NCBI GenBank assembly: GCA_047285305.1
Contig: JBJBDL010000003.1
Coordinates: forward strand, 1,696,001 to 1,760,000
Reading direction: 5' to 3'
Source of the DNA: Synechococcus sp.
GTDB lineage: Bacteria; Cyanobacteriota; Cyanobacteriia; PCC-6307; Cyanobiaceae
Length of the DNA stretch: 64,000 nucleotides
The notes under the pieces were generated by a model. The model saw only the letters and a list, made by a program, of their open reading frames with translations. It did not search any database and had not been told where the DNA came from. Numbering within the stretch: position 1 is the first letter of the stretch; every line of letters begins with the position of its first letter. Below, one piece after another: positions 18,473 through 27,431 of this stretch. The position numbers and the translations under genes were made by a program.

Positions 18473-18763
18473 TCAAGAAAGGTGATATGTGAGTTGAGCT
18501 GTTAACAGGCAACGAGACAGTAATTCTTCCAGCAAACATTTCTGTGTGGACTGAGAATCAAGAGAATGACTAATCACAACCAAAGAGTCTTTCATAGCCA
18601 AACATCTCGTACGGTAAAAAGATATTTCTGCAACGAGGCGGTCTTTAAGCTGAGGATGCTGACAATGCTGTATTGAACGACTCGCACATTGAATTCGCAT
18701 CCGCATCCATTCAGCCTCTCTGCAGAGATCGCCAAGAACACCAAAGGAATTCACGATCTTCAA
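18473..18763 (-). CDS. Hypothetical protein co-transcribed with the Crp regulator
   Basis: 96 aa ORF overlapping the regulator stop codon by 4 nt. Confidence 0.6.
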   Translation of the reverse strand: MKIVNSFGVLGDLCREAEWMRMRIQCASRSIQHCQHPQLKDRLVAEISFYRTRCLAMKDSLVVISHSLDSQSTQKCLLEELLSRCLLTAQLTYHLS

Positions 18764-19362
18764 AATTGGAGTGGTGAAGAGTTGATGAGGTCAGGTGCAA
18801 TACGCATCGTGACATCACCAGACGACATGGCGATCATGTCGGCTTGACGCCATTTCGAGAGAAGACGGGTTGTCGTCACCCGGGTAGCACCAATCAACTC
18901 ACCAAAACGATCATGGGTAAGACGGAAGGGAAGCTGATAGGCATCGCTGCAACGAAGTCCAAGCCGGTTGACCAGGAGGGCCAGAAGAGCGTGAAGCCGC
19001 TGTTCAGCCTGACCCAGATGACGGACTCTTAGGAGCTGCAAGGTCCACTCATTGACTGCGTCAATGCCGAATTCGTCCGTGGAGACGGAATCACGACGAA
19101 ACTTAAGCGCCGTGAGTGCCTCAACACAGGCCCCGTCACTGCACATGCGATCAGTGCGAAGCCTGTCGCCTGACTGCAAAAACGCCAAGGTCATTCCCTC
19201 GGTTTCCTCACAAGGGCAATACACCCGGCAGACACCCTCCAACACTTCCAGAACGGTGGCCTGGTCTCGACCGGCAGGGTCCAGCAGAACGGTTTGAAGC
19301 CTTGGCATCGACAAAGGTGCCGCTGGATCATCCGGCAAGAAACGGTAGGCAGACGTCGTCAC
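18760..19362 (-). CDS. Crp family transcriptional regulator (iron-stress, IdiB-like)
   Basis: RVYCPCEETEGMTLAFLQ; HTH LTHDRFGELIGATRVTTTRLLS. Confidence 0.88.
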   Translation of the reverse strand: MTTSAYRFLPDDPAAPLSMPRLQTVLLDPAGRDQATVLEVLEGVCRVYCPCEETEGMTLAFLQSGDRLRTDRMCSDGACVEALTALKFRRDSVSTDEFGIDAVNEWTLQLLRVRHLGQAEQRLHALLALLVNRLGLRCSDAYQLPFRLTHDRFGELIGATRVTTTRLLSKWRQADMIAMSSGDVTMRIAPDLINSSPLQF

Positions 19363-19374
19363 GAACTATCGCGA

Positions 19375-19460
19375 TTGAGAATTACTCGCAACAGTACAGA
19401 CTCCTTGTCGATATTGCAAGTCATTCTCAATAAGACCCTCAAATTGAGATTCTTTCTCAA
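19375..19460. promoter_or_regulatory. Three tandem Fur-type boxes
   Basis: TTGAGAATTACTCGCAA (19375-19391), TTGCAAGTCATTCTCAA (19414-19430), TTGAGATTCTTTCTCAA (19444-19460). Confidence 0.75.
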
Positions 19461-19994
19461 TACGCTGCAGGCCAACTCCATCCGTACTCAGAAGAAGTGA
19501 GCGGAGCAGCTGAGCATCGCCCTGAATTCGAAGCATCGGCTCGATGTGGATATGGCCCAGTACACCTCGCTAACTGAGTGACCAATGGATCGCTTACAAC
19601 GCTGAGGCGTTCTTATTGAGCGTTTGCGCTGTATTTCCTTGTCAAAACACAAGGAACGCAGCTTTTGTTGTGATCAGCCTCCCCCGCCTGCTGCAATGGG
19701 AAAAAGCTCAGCATTTGGACGGTACAGATAAAAGCAAGTCAAGGAACGGCTGATGCTGCTGGGGTCCACGAAGGAGAGCCACCTCTTGGCTATTCGAGAG
19801 TCATCAGGTGTATGAACAGCACACTGGTCAATCCCATCAACGAACCAACCCATAACCACTACTGGATTGCCCTCAGAAAAGAGGGGTGGGTGGTGTCACC
19901 AACCGCTACCTTGCCACCTCTCGGAGGGTCGCCACCATCTCCTCATCAACACAACGATCAGCCAATCACAAGTGAAATCATTGTCACGAAACCT

Positions 19995-20087
19995 AGAGTC
20001 CCCCACTAAGTGGTTCCTCCATTGACCGTTGGGCGCTTGTTCAGGGTCTGAATGCTCTTCACAAGCGGGGGGCTCGATCAGCGATTT
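19995..20087 (+). repeat. Degenerate copy of the structured ~100-nt element
   Basis: Retains GAGTCCCC, CCTCCAT, TTGGGCGCT, GCGGGG, GATCAGCG in the same order; stems partly broken. Confidence 0.5.
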
Positions 20088-20178
20088 GGCTTGCGACAAC
20101 ATTCGGGTGACTCATTTAGCCATTGCCACCAACTCATCTGTATCGCGTCTCATTCCCAACAGGGGTGATTGTGTCTAA

Positions 20179-20277
20179 GGAGTCCCCAAACCTCCATCCA
20201 ATGGCTTAAACCCTTGCCATTGGGCGCTGGAGCGACCTGACTCCCACTCTGGCGAGCGGGGAGTCAGATCAGCGTTT
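20179..20277 (+). ncRNA. Candidate structured small RNA, copy A
   Basis: GGAG..CTCC, CCAATGGC..GCCATTGG, GCGCTG..CTGACTCCC..GGGAGTCAG..CAGCGT stems; duplicated at 20553. Confidence 0.6.
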
Positions 20278-20287
20278 GACGGGTGAC

Positions 20288-20416
20288 TTGAACACGCAAA
20301 ACAAAATCTCGGAGTTGCTGGAATTGGTCGCCGCGATTGTCGGCACAGCAGGGCTGGTTGCCGGAAACCTTTTGCTGTATTCACCTTTGCAGGTGGACAA
20401 CCAGATAAAGCTCTAG
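20288..20416 (+). CDS. Small single-TM protein (42 aa, MNTQNKISELLELVAAIVGTAGLVAGNLLLYSPLQVDNQIKL)
   Basis: Hand-translated TTG-start ORF with a clear hydrophobic helix. Confidence 0.5.
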   Translation: MNTQNKISELLELVAAIVGTAGLVAGNLLLYSPLQVDNQIKL

Positions 20417-20552
20417 GCCCTCCAACTCAACCTGGGACAGCAGCTCGTCCAGTGTTCTTGTGAACAGTTGTGGACGTTGGCGAGGCTCATTTGATCACTG
20501 CCAAACGCTCTTAAGAGCAGTCAGTAGCAATGGAAGGTGAGATTGTGGTATC

Positions 20553-20649
20553 GGAGGTCCACCTCCATCCAATGGCAACTGCATGACCATTGGGCGCTGA
20601 TAACACCACTGACTCCCTCTCTGACGATGCGGGGAGTCAGATCAGCGTT
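20553..20649 (+). ncRNA. Candidate structured small RNA, copy B
   Basis: Same stems as copy A with different loop sequences and lengths. Confidence 0.6.
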
Positions 20650-21064
20650 ATTTCATTCCAAAAATGTCAAAGCTGATCTGACAGGCAAATCAACATCATC
20701 TGGCGTGAGCCGTGAAATGGATTGAGACTAGTCAGACAAATCCACGCATATCATCTGCATGAATGGTTGTATCCAGAGCTATCTCAGTCTGTTCACACTA
20801 CTGACTCCTCTCCTATAAGTGGACAGGAGGCGAGACTAAAGGCACAGAGGAGAAGAAACCAATCATCGATTCATTTGACGGGTGAAATTAGATGGTTTGT
20901 ACGCGCACTCTGAGAAAACCCAGCCAATATGCATTTGAAGGTTCTCGCGAGGCACCTTCATCCGATGACTAATCCGGGTCATCGCACTGGGGTTACAACT
21001 GGCTCCTCAACTCAACCAGGGGGGTCAGTCCAGTTGCTTGCTCCTAGAAATGGAATGAAACATT

Positions 21065-21265
21065 ATGGCCAAAAGCAAAGGCGTTCGCATCGTTGTCACA
21101 CTGGAATGCACCGAATGCAGAACAGCGACTGCTGCTGAAAAACGCAGCCCTGGAGTCTCTCGCTATACAACAACTAAAAACCGAAGAAACAATCCTGAAA
21201 GGTTCGAATTGATGAAATTCTGCCCTCAACTCAACAGGATGACACTTCATCGCGAGATAAAATAA
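21065..21265 (+). CDS. rpmG: 50S ribosomal protein L33 (probable second paralog)
   Basis: [14 protein letters not shown]...[23 protein letters not shown]...LHREIK; no rpsR next to it. Confidence 0.92.
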   Translation: MAKSKGVRIVVTLECTECRTATAAEKRSPGVSRYTTTKNRRNNPERFELMKFCPQLNRMTLHREIK

Positions 21266-21545
21266 GAGATAAATATTTAATACTCAAAGACGTTGCTCAA
21301 CAAATGAGACCGCTTCAAAAGCAAAATTTAGTTATCTAAAATGTTATATCCAAACATGCTCAAATCCATTACTTAAGAAAATCATTTTATACCAGAAATA
21401 CCAAAAGCAAGAACCAGATGTAGAGCAACGAACGAAACAGATCACTGAGGCATCACAAATCAATCAATACCAACATCGATCAGTAGAATTTGGGGCAGAA
21501 ATTGATCCCAGCAGTAGCTAGCTTACACAAAGCATCAATCTATTC

Positions 21546-21752
21546 ATGACTAACATTGAAGCCTTCGCGCACATCATTGACCTCGCCAACAGAACGACTG
21601 ACACTACAACTTACGAGTATTTAATGAGAGAAGCGCAGGAAATAATGCTCGACAAAAACACGAAAGATATAGATTATTGTGATTTTAGACAATTGGTGAA
21701 AGAGCGGCTCCAGAATCAAATACTTAAAGCAAAAGAGCAAGGCCACAAATAA
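21546..21752 (+). CDS. Hypothetical protein (68 aa)
   Basis: ATG ORF with protein-like helical composition. Confidence 0.55.
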   Translation: MTNIEAFAHIIDLANRTTDTTTYEYLMREAQEIMLDKNTKDIDYCDFRQLVKERLQNQILKAKEQGHK

Positions 21753-22189
21753 GTGGAAAACAGCAAACATTCATTAGCACTATCCTGCGACCGATGAATA
21801 CGGTGACATAGTCAGAAAGCACACTTTTACGGGATAATTAAGGTACTGTAATGCTATAGATCGTCATCTTCCCATTAATTACAAACTTTAGACTTTTTCA
21901 AAAATAGCATCACTTACATTGGTGTGCATCAATTAAAACGTGCTACTGCAGCATGTGAAAGACAAGAATCAGTTCACAACGCGATGATTAGATAGGACAG
22001 TTCACTTCAGCCGGAGCTGTTCAAACAATGATTCTGATGATATCAGTTTCATTGGGCGTCATCTGGCTCTTCTTCCCTCCAGGTTCAAGAGCCAGAGTGT
22101 CGCTTTAACCAAACCAGAATAGTTGATTGGTCTTATCTTTGCCCATCAATAACTGGCGTTGATGTTTTCTACTTCTCACCATCAACACA

Positions 22190-22390
22190 ATGTCTCAAAA
22201 AACATCCCGGTTTTCAAAACTTGATGCATCGGTATTAGAAGCACAAATGCGCTGCGGAACGGAATGGCCGATAGGCCTTGTTGATGCAATTGCAGAAGCC
22301 CATCGGACCACAGTTCAAAATGTCATTGAGCGTCAACGTGTTTTAAGGTTAACGGAACCACACGATCATAAATTAAACGTTTATTTTTGA
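22190..22390 (+). CDS. Hypothetical protein (66 aa)
   Basis: ATG ORF at the head of a same-strand three-gene run. Confidence 0.55.
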   Translation: MSQKTSRFSKLDASVLEAQMRCGTEWPIGLVDAIAEAHRTTVQNVIERQRVLRLTEPHDHKLNVYF

Positions 22391-22407
22391 GATTGTTTAG
22401 TTTTCCC

Positions 22408-22617
22408 ATGTCCTTATCAGGATTCGAAATTTCTGTAGGTGGAATCACATCAATTCCACTAACAAGCAGCTTGATTCTGCTTCTCTACAAAGCATTTGGC
22501 GAAAAACGACTGGATGCGAGCAAACTCAAACCAAAAGTAGCAACCAAAGCAATGCCTTCAACTCCTGAAAAAGAAAAAGGTGTCGACAAAACTATAGATT
22601 CACTGAAAGACAAATAA
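22408..22617 (+). CDS. Hypothetical single-TM protein
   Basis: Hydrophobic N-half, charged C-half; ATG at 22408 assumed. Confidence 0.5.
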   Translation: MSLSGFEISVGGITSIPLTSSLILLLYKAFGEKRLDASKLKPKVATKAMPSTPEKEKGVDKTIDSLKDK

Positions 22618-22637
22618 GCATCTCAACCACCGATCTC

Positions 22638-23336
22638 GTGTCTAAAATTCTTATTTCATTGTTCACTGGATTACTTTTGAGTGCATGCGGTCTGAATGGA
22701 GAAACTGGTGCCTCCTCCAATGGTGGTCAGGCTGAAAACCCAGCGGACCAAAACACTAAAACACAAGTCATTGGCCTAACTTCAGAACCGAGTAGTGAGA
22801 AATCAACGTTGCTGGATTCCATCAAGGACGGAGGCTATGTCATTTATTTTCGTCATGCAACCACGGAGAGGGATTACGCAGACCAAGCTGATCCTCTGAT
22901 GAGCCTCGATGATTGTAGTTCTCAGAGAAAGCTGAGCACTCAGGGCATCAAAGAGTCCCACGAAATTGGCGTGGCCTTTGCTTCAAAAGCAATCCCAATC
23001 GGTGAAATTATTGTTAGTGAGTATTGCAGGTCATGGAAAACAGCAAACCTCGCATTTGGGGAATGGACCCAAAAAGACTCCCGATTAAATTTTTTACCTT
23101 ATAAAGATTACACCGAAGATCACATTGCACTGATGAAAAAGAATGCCATGCCTTTATTAACACGCCCACCTCTACCAGGAACCAACACAATCATTATCGG
23201 ACATGATGATCCTTTTGAGGCCGCAACAGGAATTTATCCTGAACCGCAAGGAATCGCATTTATCCTCCAGCCCGATGGGGGAAAAAGCTTCAAGATCATC
23301 GGTAGTGTGTTGCCTTCTGAGTGGGCAACACTCTGA
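22638..23336 (+). CDS. Histidine phosphatase (phosphoglycerate mutase-like) family lipoprotein
   Basis: Lipobox LSAC; YFRHAT, SEYCR.WKTA, IIGH motifs. Confidence 0.8.
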   Translation: MSKILISLFTGLLLSACGLNGETGASSNGGQAENPADQNTKTQVIGLTSEPSSEKSTLLDSIKDGGYVIYFRHATTERDYADQADPLMSLDDCSSQRKLSTQGIKESHEIGVAFASKAIPIGEIIVSEYCRSWKTANLAFGEWTQKDSRLNFLPYKDYTEDHIALMKKNAMPLLTRPPLPGTNTIIIGHDDPFEAATGIYPEPQGIAFILQPDGGKSFKIIGSVLPSEWATL

Positions 23337-23910
23337 GAAAGACAGCCACTCTGATCCTTGATCATTTGACTTGAAAGATGTTCAGGATCTAACATTCGCT
23401 TGCTAAGTTTCCAACACTCAAGGGAATACACAGCAGGATAATTGAATTGTCGACCTTGGACGGGTTTCGACAAAAATCAAAGTGATCTATCTCTCGTTAG
23501 GAATTTCGGGAGGTAGATTTTTTTTTGACAGTAGATCTTTAAAGAACTAGAGATGTGTAGCTGAAGCATGTCTTGCCCAAGCCTGCAAATCATGCAAACT
23601 CAAGAATAATCTAGAGAGCACTGCATTGTTTAGGCGGGTATATTTGATACAACTTCTGCGCTCAAATGGCTGCAATCAGACATCAAATTGGTCAGCTTGC
23701 CAGAGCAAAGATTTTTATCAAGTAGCTCATATCTTTCAATCCAAAGAATCAAATATTCCAAATTAATTACCCAAAAGATTGAACAAAAAATTCTTAAATC
23801 AAATGACTCTTTGAACGGTTAAATATGACTTACCCCTGCAAAGCTATGTAAAAGCAGATTTATTCGACAGACAGCACTCATTATGTTTTTCATGCCGCAT
23901 CCTTTTGAAA

Positions 23911-24948
23911 ATGCAGTCTTACGGAAGTTCATCAGTCAGTTATGACTGGTGGGCTGGAAATGCAGGAGTCGCGAAGCGCAGCGGTTCTTTCATTGCAGCC
24001 CACGCTGCCCATGCAGGTTTAATCATGTTTTGGGCAGGTGCATTCACCTTGTTTGAGTTGGCCCGTTATGACGGAACACTGCCAATGGGAGAACAAGGGC
24101 TGATTTTGATTCCACATCTCGCCGGCCTTGGCTTCGGCGTAGGGGAAAGCTCTGTAATCGTTGACCAACAACCCCTCATCGCGATCGCAGCATTCCATCT
24201 GGTTTCATCCGCTGTTCTTGGAGCAGCTGGAATCTGGCATACACTTCGAGCGCCCAAGGACCTTTCAGAAGCTGAAGGCCGCGCCCAAAAGTTTCACTTT
24301 GAATGGAGTGATAGCAAAAAGCTCACGTTCATCCTGGGGCATCACCTGATTTTTCTTGGCCTCGGAGCCATTGCCTTCGTTGAATGGGCAAAGCGCCATG
24401 GAATTTACGACAGCGCCATCGGAGCTGTTCGACGGGTTGAACCAAATATTGACCTCAGCATGGTGTGGGGTTATCAGGCTAATTTTCTCTCTATCAGTAG
24501 TCTTGAAGACGTGATGGGTGGCCATGCTGTTTTGGCTTTCATTCTCACGATTGGTGGTGTTTGGCATATCATCTCCAGCCCTTTCGGACCCTTCAAAAAG
24601 GTCTTGATCTACAACGGCGAATCGATCCTGTCTTACTCGCTTGCTGGTGTAGCTCTGATGGGATTTGTGACCGCCATTTGGTGTGCTCAAAACACAACAA
24701 TTTACCCCATTGAGTTGTATGGCGATCCATTGAAATTGAACTTCGCCTTCTCTCCCTACTTCAGCGACACAACTGCTCTTGAAGGTGGTGCCCACTCAGC
24801 CCGAGCTTGGCTGGCCAATACGCACTTCTACCTTGCATTCTTTTTCCTGCAAGGACATTTTTGGCATGCCTTACGCGGTATGGGCTTTAACTTCAAGCGT
24901 GTTTCTGAAGCGCTTGAAAACATGGGAAATTCCAAGGTCAGTGCCTGA
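23911..24948 (+). CDS. isiA: Iron-stress chlorophyll-binding antenna protein (IsiA/Pcb family)
   Basis: YDWWAGNA, AAHAAHAGL, ILGHHL, LEDVMGGH, RAWLANTHF, GHFWHALR; no large CP43 loop. Confidence 0.92.
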   Translation: MQSYGSSSVSYDWWAGNAGVAKRSGSFIAAHAAHAGLIMFWAGAFTLFELARYDGTLPMGEQGLILIPHLAGLGFGVGESSVIVDQQPLIAIAAFHLVSSAVLGAAGIWHTLRAPKDLSEAEGRAQKFHFEWSDSKKLTFILGHHLIFLGLGAIAFVEWAKRHGIYDSAIGAVRRVEPNIDLSMVWGYQANFLSISSLEDVMGGHAVLAFILTIGGVWHIISSPFGPFKKVLIYNGESILSYSLAGVALMGFVTAIWCAQNTTIYPIELYGDPLKLNFAFSPYFSDTTALEGGAHSARAWLANTHFYLAFFFLQGHFWHALRGMGFNFKRVSEALENMGNSKVSA

Positions 24949-24968
24949 TTAATCTGCCTTTTCTGATT

Positions 24969-25002
24969 TACCCCTCATCTCATTGAGATGGGGGGTTTCT
25001 TT
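24969..25002 (+). terminator. Probable terminator after isiA
   Basis: CCCCTCATCTC-ATT-GAGATGGGGGG followed by TTTCTTT. Confidence 0.7.
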
Positions 25003-25135
25003 ATTGGTTTCATCATTAAGGCAAATATCCACCACAGCAGCCCCACGCATGAAAACGGTAAGAGGGCGCAGATCAACAAACCGATGGCAGGAGTCAGCCT
25101 CGGTTGACCTCGAATCAAGCGAAAGACCCCTCGGC

Positions 25136-26707
25136 TCAGAACACAAATGTCGTTTTGATCAGGCCGCCCAGTTGCTGGAAGGTTGAACCCTCCGGTGTGA
25201 GCTCACCCATCGGTCGCGACAGATAGAACAGCGCCGGGGTGATGCTGATGTTGTCGGTCACTTGGAACTGATACCACCACTCCCAGATGAACTGACCATC
25301 AGCAGGGGTGTCGCCACCACGAAGATCGGTCGCAAAAACGGGCTGGCCCACAGCCATTCCGGCGTTGTTCCCCGCCGCCAACACATCGTTCCACTGCAGC
25401 CCAGCCCTCCAGGACTGACTGGTTCTCACCTGGCCTTCGCGCTGGGTGTCGGACTGATTGATGCCCCAACCGAGCGACAGCGATGGAAGCCAGCCGCTCT
25501 CCAGTGGCTGCCAGAAAGCACCCAGGGCATAGGCGTGAGTCACGCCCAGATCACTGAAGCGATCCTTGACGAAGGGCGTGGCGTAGACGATCAGGTCTTG
25601 ACCGTTCTGAGCCTTGGAATACAGAGCAGCAACGCCCCAGTTGTCACCCTCCCAACCCAGCTGCAGGGTGCCGGTGCCTCCCGCCTCGTCAGTGGCGAAA
25701 CCACCGGAACGGGTGTCGCTTGATGCACCATTGGCCGCCACATAGTTGGCCGACGCGCGGGCTCCGTTTTCGGCTGCCCAGCTGATGCCCACGCCCGCAC
25801 CTTTGTTTTTGTTGTAGGCCCCCGGCGCTCCATTCACCGTGAGCACATCGAGAATCGGATCACTGGGATAGATGCTCGGCCAGATCGCGAGCATGTCTTC
25901 CTGGCCAACAATCGGGCCGGTGGTGATGGTGACCTCATCCCCCAGCGGGAAGGAATAGAAGAGTTTGTCGATCGCCACCAGATTGGGGCTATCACCCTCC
26001 TGAAACGCCGTTTCCAGAGTGGCGAGGACAGAGGGCCCTCCACTGCCGAAAACGTTGCCGTCTCCATCGAAATTGCCGCCACGCAACACCGTGGTCAATT
26101 GATCCTTGCCGGTGAAGGAGGTCGCCAACCCCAGCTGAAGGTCGTAGTTGAAGGTGGTGCCGCCCAACGCTTCATTGCTCTCCGAACGCAGCCGGGATGC
26201 AGAACCCTTGAAGCGGCTGGCTCCGAACACCCAGGTGGCTTGTCCCTTGAGCTTGGTGGTGGTGGAGAACTGGGTGGCTTCCAGTTCGCCGACGCGGGCC
26301 TCGAGGCCGTCAACGCGACCCTTGAGGATGGCCAGCTCGGTTTCGAATTCCTTGAGCAGGCGACGCAGCTCGTCGGTCACTTCGGCGATCCGGTCGAGGC
26401 AAGCGTTCAGCAGAGCAGCCGCTTCATAGCGGGTCATCGCCCAGTTGCCACGGAAGGTACCGTTGGGATAACCAGCGACGCAGCCGTAGGTCTCCACCAG
26501 GTTGGCCAGAGCCTGATAGGCCCAGTCGGTGGGGTAGACGTCGGAGAACTGGGTGACGCTGGTGACCTGATCAGCGGAAGCCGCGTAATCAGAAATGGCG
26601 TTGATGTTCAGCTCGGCGGCATTGGCTGCTGGGCTGTTGACAACAGCCAAAGTGTCCAGAAGGCCAAAGGCAGCAGGAGCCACCAGCAGTTGCTGGATAA
26701 ACGTCAT
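25136..26707 (-). CDS. som: Second cyanobacterial porin (Som/OprB-type with SLH domain)
   Basis: Same SLH/coiled-coil N-terminus as the first porin, C-terminal KTTFVF. Confidence 0.93.
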   Translation of the reverse strand: MTFIQQLLVAPAAFGLLDTLAVVNSPAANAAELNINAISDYAASADQVTSVTQFSDVYPTDWAYQALANLVETYGCVAGYPNGTFRGNWAMTRYEAAALLNACLDRIAEVTDELRRLLKEFETELAILKGRVDGLEARVGELEATQFSTTTKLKGQATWVFGASRFKGSASRLRSESNEALGGTTFNYDLQLGLATSFTGKDQLTTVLRGGNFDGDGNVFGSGGPSVLATLETAFQEGDSPNLVAIDKLFYSFPLGDEVTITTGPIVGQEDMLAIWPSIYPSDPILDVLTVNGAPGAYNKNKGAGVGISWAAENGARASANYVAANGASSDTRSGGFATDEAGGTGTLQLGWEGDNWGVAALYSKAQNGQDLIVYATPFVKDRFSDLGVTHAYALGAFWQPLESGWLPSLSLGWGINQSDTQREGQVRTSQSWRAGLQWNDVLAAGNNAGMAVGQPVFATDLRGGDTPADGQFIWEWWYQFQVTDNISITPALFYLSRPMGELTPEGSTFQQLGGLIKTTFVF

Positions 26708-26719
26708 GACTGGGAAGAG

Positions 26720-26750
26720 AAAAAAAAACCCCAGAGGTGATCCCTGGGGT
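26720..26750 (-). terminator. Rho-independent terminator between hupE and the porin
   Basis: Minus strand ACCCCAG-GGATCACCT-CTGGGGT followed by a long T run. Confidence 0.8.
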
Positions 26751-26778
26751 CAGAAGCTGTGAGACGGGGTGCTGGTGA

Positions 26779-27411
26779 TCAGTCGATCAGGGCAACCCAG
26801 GCAAAGGCCATGCCGATGCCCATCCAGATGCCGGCACCAAGCCGTTGACCCTGGGAGCCGAGGCGCTCAACCAGAGACCTGGACCAGTTGCTCACCACCA
26901 GCAGCAGTGCGCCTTGGCCAATCAGCAGGCCCAGGAAATAGGTGAACAACGGGGTTGGTTCCGCACCGACGATGGTGCTACCAAGAAGAAAACCGTGCAG
27001 AGCCACCAGGGGCAGCAACCAACGGGTGGAGGCCACGGTGAGAGCCATCAAACCCTCCACCACCAGGCTGAAGGAGACCATGGCCTCCGCCCAGGGAGCC
27101 ACGGCATCCGGCAGGGGGATGAACTGCGACAGAACACTGCCGCCCAGGCCAGCAGCCAGCAGAGGAATCACCCAGGCGCGGGGACGTTGCAGGCCGATGA
27201 AGGCGATGGCCAACAGAAACAGGAGATGGTCAGGACCCAGTAGCGGGTGACCAACGCCACTGAGCAATCCCTGCAGGGGGGTGAGGGCAGCGCTGTCGCC
27301 CATGCCAAAGGGGTGGTGGGCGAACGCTGGACTAGCCAGAAGAAGAACCGCCAGAAGCGAAGGGCCGGCGATCTGCAGCGGCCTGCGCAGGGCCAGTGGC
27401 AAAGAATTCAA
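26779..27411 (-). CDS. hupE: HupE/UreJ family Ni/Co transporter
   Basis: Signal peptide ending PAFAHHP, SGVGHPLLGPDHLL, LHG motif; TTG start at 27411 assumed (the longer ORF runs through the riboswitch). Confidence 0.9.
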   Translation of the reverse strand: MNSLPLALRRPLQIAGPSLLAVLLLASPAFAHHPFGMGDSAALTPLQGLLSGVGHPLLGPDHLLFLLAIAFIGLQRPRAWVIPLLAAGLGGSVLSQFIPLPDAVAPWAEAMVSFSLVVEGLMALTVASTRWLLPLVALHGFLLGSTIVGAEPTPLFTYFLGLLIGQGALLLVVSNWSRSLVERLGSQGQRLGAGIWMGIGMAFAWVALID

Positions 27412-27431
27412 AAGTCGATCCTCGTCGGTTT

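Noticed and set aside
19674..19859. 61-aa minus-strand ORF with a faint DUF1651-like GW..D start
   Set aside because: Similarity too weak to support; at most a remnant
19975..20830. CRISPR array, riboswitch or retron interpretation of the repeats
   Set aside because: Units are ~100 nt with irregular spacing; no cas or reverse transcriptase gene is in the window; I could not match glutamine, yybP-ykoY or cobalamin riboswitch consensus by eye
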